Below are positions 59,152 through 64,000 of a DNA stretch of 64,000 nt, one piece after another (the first letter of the stretch is position 1; each line of letters begins with the position of its first letter). The position numbers and the translations under genes are program-made. The notes beneath the pieces are model-generated. The model worked only from the letters and a program-made list of their open reading frames with translations, was not told the origin of the DNA and did not search any database. The stretch comes from Dehalococcoidia bacterium. Lineage in GTDB: Bacteria > Chloroflexota > Dehalococcoidia > Plut-88900. The stretch lies in assembly GCA_965197645.1 (NCBI GenBank), contig OZ240219.1, positions 768,001 through 832,000 on the forward strand. Reading direction: 5' to 3'.

Positions 59152-59703
59152 ATGACTACAGGCTCTCTCAACAAGCTGATAGCCCTGGACCCCAGGGGTG
59201 ATACCGGCCCAGCCGAGTCGATCTCCATGGCCCCCAGGCCCGACTCGCTGGACGGAAAGCGCATCGGCCTGCTCCACGATCAGCGGCTCAACGGCGACAA
59301 TCTTCTGTGGATGGTCACCGACCTGATCAAAGAGCAGTACGAGACCGGTGAGGTCAACTTCTGGGCCAGGCCCAACATATCGGACATCTCCCCACCGGAC
59401 CTCATGGCGGAGATGGCCGCCAAGGCTGACGTGAGCTTGATAGCGATCGGGGACTGAGGGTCCTGCAGCACGTGCTGTATGCACGACGCACTCACCCTCG
59501 AAGACATGGGCGTCCCCACTGCGGTAATCATAAGCGACCAGTTCTTACCGGGCGTTCAGGAGATATCCAAGTCTCGCGGCGCCCCTGATTACCCCTACGT
59601 GGTGGTCAAGCACCCCATCGGCAGCCTTGACGAGGATACCTTGAAGGAACGGGCCAGGGACGCCCTGCCCCAGGTGTTGAACATCCTTCTCAACGGCAAG
59701 TAG
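59152..59703 (+). CDS. UGSC-family selenoprotein 2 (U102-G-S-C-x-x-C)
   Basis: IAIGD-TGA-GSCSTCCMHDALTLEDMGVP; paralog of 43616-44164 with UGA at the same codon. Confidence 0.9.
59471..59485 (+). promoter_or_regulatory. SECIS-like hairpin of UGSC 2
   Basis: CGTGC-TGTAT-GCACG, loop G 20 nt after UGA. Confidence 0.6.
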
Positions 59704-59776
59704 CCCTAACCTGTCGCACCGCGGTCCCCGGTATTTTGGGGAGGGAAATCGGATTCAGCTAGTCTGCTGTTTCGAG

Positions 59777-59808
59777 AGCTGGTGAATTTCACGTGAAATT
59801 CACCAGCT
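59777..59808. repeat. Perfect 32-bp palindrome upstream of argJ (terminator or operator)
   Basis: AGCTGGTGAATTTCAC|GTGAAATTCACCAGCT followed by a short T run. Confidence 0.8.
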
Positions 59809-59904
59809 TTTCCTTCCCTGTCGCTGAATGGGAACCACCGAGCAAAAAATGCTATACTCCACGATGTTCTACGAGGGGGATCCGTTCCTGAATCGTTCCA
59901 TGCT

Positions 59905-61125
59905 ATGAGTCCCAATCCGTCCTCCATTCCAGGCGGCACCATCACCAGCCCGCAAGGCTTCAAGGCCGGAGGCGTCTACTGCGGCGTCAAGCCCTACGGC
60001 GAAGACAAGATGGACCTGGGCCTACTCTATTCCGAAACGATGGCCAGCGCCGCCGCGGTCTTCACCAAGAACAGGGTCACCGCCCCCGGTGTCCTGGTCT
60101 CTCGTGAACACATCGCCGATGGGAGTGCGCAGGCGGTCGTGGTGAACAGCGGCATAGCCAACGTGGCCGTCGGGTTCCACGGTCGAGAAGACGCCGAATC
60201 CATGACTCGGCTTGCCGCAGAGAAGCTTGGGCTGGACCCAGCGAACGTACTGGTAGCTAGCACCGGCGTCATCGGCGTCGAGCTGCCCATGGCCCGTATC
60301 CGCTCCGGCATCGAGGAGGTCCAGGTGACCGAGGATGGAGGTCACGACCTGGCTCGAGCTATCCTGACCACCGATAGCCACACCAAGGAGATTGCCGTCT
60401 CCATCGATCTGTCCGGCGGGGAGACGATAACCATCGGGGGAATATCCAAGGGCGCCGGTATGATTCACCCGGACATGGCCACCATGCTCAGCTTTCTGAC
60501 CACCGACGCCGCCGTCGACCCGGCGTTCCTTCAGAGCTCCCTCAGCGCTGCCACTGAAGTCTCCTACAACATGATCAGCGTGGACGGCGATACCAGCACC
60601 AGCGATACCGTAGCCATCTTGGCCAATGGGATGGCCGGCAACGACGCGATAATGGCCTCTTCGCCCGATGGGCCGGCCTTCCAAGAGGCCTTGACCCACG
60701 TCTGTACCTACCTGGCCAAACAGGTAGCCGCCGACGGCGAGGGCGCCACCAAGCTCATTGGGATCACCATCGAGAAGGCCAAGAAGCTGGAGGATGCCAG
60801 GCAAGCCGCCCGGGTAATATCCACGTCCAACCTGGTGAAAACGGCGATCCACGGCAACGATCCCAACTGGGGCCGGCTCATGGCAGCCCTGGGACGCACG
60901 GGCGTGGACATCGTGGAGACCAAAGTCGATCTCTTCATCAACGATATCTTCCTCCTCAACGATGGCGTCCCCGTACCCTTCTACCCGGACGCCGTCTCTC
61001 AGTCCCTGGACCAGAAAGAGGTCAACATCCGCATCGTTCTGAACCTGGGCGAAGCGTCGGCCACCGCCTGGACCTGCGATATGTCCGAGGAATACGTACG
61101 TTTCAACAGCGAGTACACCACCTGA
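59905..61125 (+). CDS. argJ: Glutamate N-acetyltransferase ArgJ
   Basis: NSG.AN, STGVIG, ILTTD, KGAGMIHPDMATML, VDGDTSTSD, DGEGATK, DPNWGR. Confidence 0.95.
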   Translation: MSPNPSSIPGGTITSPQGFKAGGVYCGVKPYGEDKMDLGLLYSETMASAAAVFTKNRVTAPGVLVSREHIADGSAQAVVVNSGIANVAVGFHGREDAESMTRLAAEKLGLDPANVLVASTGVIGVELPMARIRSGIEEVQVTEDGGHDLARAILTTDSHTKEIAVSIDLSGGETITIGGISKGAGMIHPDMATMLSFLTTDAAVDPAFLQSSLSAATEVSYNMISVDGDTSTSDTVAILANGMAGNDAIMASSPDGPAFQEALTHVCTYLAKQVAADGEGATKLIGITIEKAKKLEDARQAARVISTSNLVKTAIHGNDPNWGRLMAALGRTGVDIVETKVDLFINDIFLLNDGVPVPFYPDAVSQSLDQKEVNIRIVLNLGEASATAWTCDMSEEYVRFNSEYTT

Positions 61126-61913
61126 TGGCCGAGAGACCCATCGTCGCCAAGATAGGGGCGGGGGTGCTGGGGGCGGGAGACACCCTCTTTGCCGATCTGG
61201 CCTCGCTGCAGAAGCAGGGCGTGCACACCGTCCTGGTGCACGGGGGCGGAGCCCTCATCTCCAAGTGGCAGGAGAACCTGGAGATCGAAACCACGTTCGT
61301 GCGGGGCCTGAGGGTGACCGATGGTCCCAGCCTGGAGGTGGCCACCGCCGTCCTCGCTGGGTTGGTGAACAAGGTGTTGGTCTCCTGCCTGCAGGGCGAG
61401 GGCGCCAAGGCAGTAGGACTCAGTGGCGTCGACGGGGGTATCCTGCAGGCCGACGTCCTGGACCCCGAGCTGGGGTTCGTCGGCAAGATCAAGCGGGTTG
61501 ACGTCAGCTCCTTGAGTGCACTGATGAAAGAGGGATTCCTGCCCGTAATAGCGCCGCTGGCCCTGCAGACCGGCCCCGGCGAAAGGGCCTTGGGGGGCAT
61601 ACTGAACATTAACGCCGATACTGCGGCCGCGGAGGTCGGCGCCGCTCTGAATGCTTGCCGCCTGATCTATCTGACCGACGTGCCGGGCGTCCGGGACGCG
61701 GCCCAAAACACCATAGCCAGACTATCCCGGGAGCAGGCCACGGAGCTGGTGGAGACCGGGGTGATATCCCAAGGCATGATCCCCAAGGTCGAGGCCTGCC
61801 TGGGTGCGGCGGGAGCCTCGGTCGATTCCTGGATTGTGGACGGCCGCCAACCCCACGCTCTGCTGGAGGCCCTGTCCGGAAACGGCGTCGGCACACGGTT
61901 CGGAGCCGCCTGA
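61125..61913 (+). CDS. argB: Acetylglutamate kinase
   Basis: VHGGG, GLRVTD, LSGVDG, LNINAD, LTDVPGV, GMIPKV. Confidence 0.93.
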   Translation: MAERPIVAKIGAGVLGAGDTLFADLASLQKQGVHTVLVHGGGALISKWQENLEIETTFVRGLRVTDGPSLEVATAVLAGLVNKVLVSCLQGEGAKAVGLSGVDGGILQADVLDPELGFVGKIKRVDVSSLSALMKEGFLPVIAPLALQTGPGERALGGILNINADTAAAEVGAALNACRLIYLTDVPGVRDAAQNTIARLSREQATELVETGVISQGMIPKVEACLGAAGASVDSWIVDGRQPHALLEALSGNGVGTRFGAA

Positions 61914-61916
61914 CCC

Positions 61917-63086
61917 ATGTCCCTCGAGAACGCGATCGTCGATGTGGACAGCCACGTCTGGGAGCGGCTCGACCTGATAGAGGAGCATCTCGAGCCTGAG
62001 TACAGGGGCCTCGCTCCCAGAATAGAGACCGACGAGCGGGGCCTGGAGTACATGCTGGTCGAGGGCCGTAAGCCGCTGAACATCCTCCTCAGGGAGGGCC
62101 GGTTCGGTCGCATGTCGGCGGGAGAGTCTATCGAGGCCAAGCGGGACAAGTATCTGAAACCGGGCGCCGTAACCTACGAGGAAGGCCTTGAGCTCGCCCC
62201 CGCCTCCCACGACCCCCACGAGCGGATCAAGCTCATGGACGATGAGAAGGTCGACGTTTCCTTCCTCTACCCGACCCTCTGGCTCCACCTGGAATCCGAG
62301 TGCCGCAAGCCTGAGATGGCCGCCGTCTACGTTCGGGCCTACAACAACTATCTGATGGACTTCTGCGGCCACTACCCGGAGCGGCTAACCCCGGTGGCCC
62401 ACGTCTCGGTGATGGACGTGGAGGAGGGCATCAGCGAGTTGCATCGCGTAGCTGATATGGGAGTCAAGGCCGCCATGCTTTCCGGGTACCCCCTGAGCGG
62501 ACGCTCCTACGGTGATCCCTACTTCGACCCCTTCTGGGAAGCCGCCCAGGAGATTGGCCTCCCTATCACCTTTCACGTAGTGGGCAATCTCCACCCCTTC
62601 AGCAACCCCTATTTCGAAAACACGTCGCTGAACAGGTTGGCCGAATCGGACCTGTGGTTCTACATACTGCTGGAGGCGCCCGGCGTCCACTTGGGGCTGG
62701 CGAGCCTTCTGGCCGGTGGCGTCTTCGATCGCTTCCCCGGACTGAAGATCGTCCTGCTGGAGACCGGCTGTAGCTGGATGCTCTACTGGTTCGACCGGGC
62801 CGATCACATAATGGACGCCTATCCCGGCACCACCATGATGAAATCCTATCCCAGCGAGTATATGAAGACCAACATCTGGACATCCATGGACCCGGACGAG
62901 GACCTGGCGCCGGTGGTCGTGGACCGGTTTGGAGCGGAGAGGTTTATGTGGGGCGCCGACTACCCTCATTCCGAGGGCCAGACCGGAGCGGTGGAAAGCC
63001 TCAAGCAAAGCCTGAGCAATCTTCCCGAAGATGCTCGCAGGAAGATAATCGGTGAAAACGCTATCAGGCTGTACGGCCTGAGCTGA
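61917..63086 (+). CDS. Amidohydrolase_2 family protein inside the arg operon
   Basis: VDVDSH, RAYNN, FH, LETGCSW, WGADYPHSE. Confidence 0.88.
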   Translation: MSLENAIVDVDSHVWERLDLIEEHLEPEYRGLAPRIETDERGLEYMLVEGRKPLNILLREGRFGRMSAGESIEAKRDKYLKPGAVTYEEGLELAPASHDPHERIKLMDDEKVDVSFLYPTLWLHLESECRKPEMAAVYVRAYNNYLMDFCGHYPERLTPVAHVSVMDVEEGISELHRVADMGVKAAMLSGYPLSGRSYGDPYFDPFWEAAQEIGLPITFHVVGNLHPFSNPYFENTSLNRLAESDLWFYILLEAPGVHLGLASLLAGGVFDRFPGLKIVLLETGCSWMLYWFDRADHIMDAYPGTTMMKSYPSEYMKTNIWTSMDPDEDLAPVVVDRFGAERFMWGADYPHSEGQTGAVESLKQSLSNLPEDARRKIIGENAIRLYGLS

Positions 63087-63101
63087 CGGAGGAGCGGGTA
63101 C

Positions 63102-64000
63102 ATGCCGAACTGGCAGGAGCTGGAAAGCGAATACTTCATGAAGACCGGGCGGCGTCAGCCCATCACCCTGGTGCGAGGCGAAGGCCTCAGGGTGTGGGAC
63201 GAAGATGGCAAAGAGTACCTGGACTTCGTCGCAGGCATAGCCGTCACCGGGCTGGGGCACTGTCATCCGGCCATCGTCAGCGCCATCGAGGAGCAGAGCC
63301 GCACCCTGTGGCACGTGTCCAACCTCTACTACACCACCCCGCAGGTGGAGTTGGCCCGGCTCCTCGTCGAGAACAGCTGCATGGACGAGGTCTACTTCCA
63401 GAATAGCGGCACCGAAGCCAACGAGGCGGCAATCAAGCTAGCCCGAAAGTACGGCCGGGTCCACCTCAACGGCGCCTACGAAGTGATCTCGACGATGGAC
63501 TCTTTCCACGGGCGCACCTTCGCCATGGTGGCTGCAACCGGCCAACCCGATCATCAGAACACCTATACGCCGCTTCCCCAGGGCTTCGTGAACGTACCCT
63601 ACAACGACATAGAGGCGATCATGGCGGCCACCAGCCAGGACACCTGCGCCGTGATGCTCGAACCGATCCAGGGCGAGGGTGGGGTCAACGTCCCATCCCC
63701 CGAGTATCTCCAGCAGGTAAGGAAGTGGTGTGATGACAGAGGCCTGCTGCTGATCTTCGATGAGGTACAGACCGGCATCGGGCGTACGGGCAATCTGTTC
63801 GCCTATCAACATTTCGGCGTCGAGCCCGACGTGATGACCCTCGCCAAGGCCCTGGGAGGGGGCATACCCATTGGGGCGATCATGGCGAAGAAGTCCGCTT
63901 CCGCCTTTGAGCCCGGCGACCACGGATCGACCTTCAGCGGCAACCCACTGGCCACTGGCGTGGCATTTGCCAATATGCGGTACATCCTGGAAAACGATGT
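63102..64000 (+). CDS. argD: Acetylornithine aminotransferase (class III, runs off the window end)
   Basis: MPNWQELE..RGEG..VWD..GKEYLDF.AGIAV..LGH, NSGTEANE, FHGRT, EPIQGEGG, DEVQTG.GRTG, LAKALGGG. Confidence 0.93.
   Translation, partial: MPNWQELESEYFMKTGRRQPITLVRGEGLRVWDEDGKEYLDFVAGIAVTGLGHCHPAIVSAIEEQSRTLWHVSNLYYTTPQVELARLLVENSCMDEVYFQNSGTEANEAAIKLARKYGRVHLNGAYEVISTMDSFHGRTFAMVAATGQPDHQNTYTPLPQGFVNVPYNDIEAIMAATSQDTCAVMLEPIQGEGGVNVPSPEYLQQVRKWCDDRGLLLIFDEVQTGIGRTGNLFAYQHFGVEPDVMTLAKALGGGIPIGAIMAKKSASAFEPGDHGSTFSGNPLATGVAFANMRYILEND

Noticed and set aside
36801-59703. Treating the UGA-split genes as pseudogenes or as genetic code 4/25
   Set aside because: UGA falls at catalytic Cys positions with downstream hairpins and is conserved in paralogs, while TGA is a normal stop in many other genes here (speE, khpA, fmt, argJ).

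Overview
GC-rich bacterial chromosome segment, most likely Chloroflexota/Dehalococcoidia and possibly SAR202-like. This is inferred from the dnaA-obg-nadD-gyrB neighbourhood and the many LLM, amidohydrolase, SDR and CoA-transferase paralogs. The window holds housekeeping genes (pcrA, rpsP-khpA-rimM, yebC-ruvC-ruvA, gyrB, nadD, obg, dnaA, fmt, argJ-argB-argD), tRNA-Leu(CAA) and tRNA-Phe(GAA), a phosphate-uptake operon, four small toxin-antitoxin-like cassettes and two families of palindromic intergenic repeats. The main hidden signal is five genes that the ORF track splits or misses because an in-frame UGA sits at a catalytic-Cys position, each followed by a SECIS-like hairpin. These are probable selenoproteins: a glutaredoxin (UxxC), an AhpD-like protein (CxxU), an OsmC-like protein and two UGSC proteins. 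Each UGSC gene lies near a paralog of the same uncharacterised 345-360 aa partner and resembles the GrdB active-site segment, suggesting an undescribed Sec-dependent reductase system. Other oddities are a catalytically degenerate GGDEF-RHH fusion heading the PiT operon, an MRPR uORF leader on an ABC-F gene, a DnaA with a non-canonical DNA-binding helix, a degenerate Obg, a damaged SpeD and direct repeats flanking accessory cassettes. All calls are by eye from motifs; no database searches were run.
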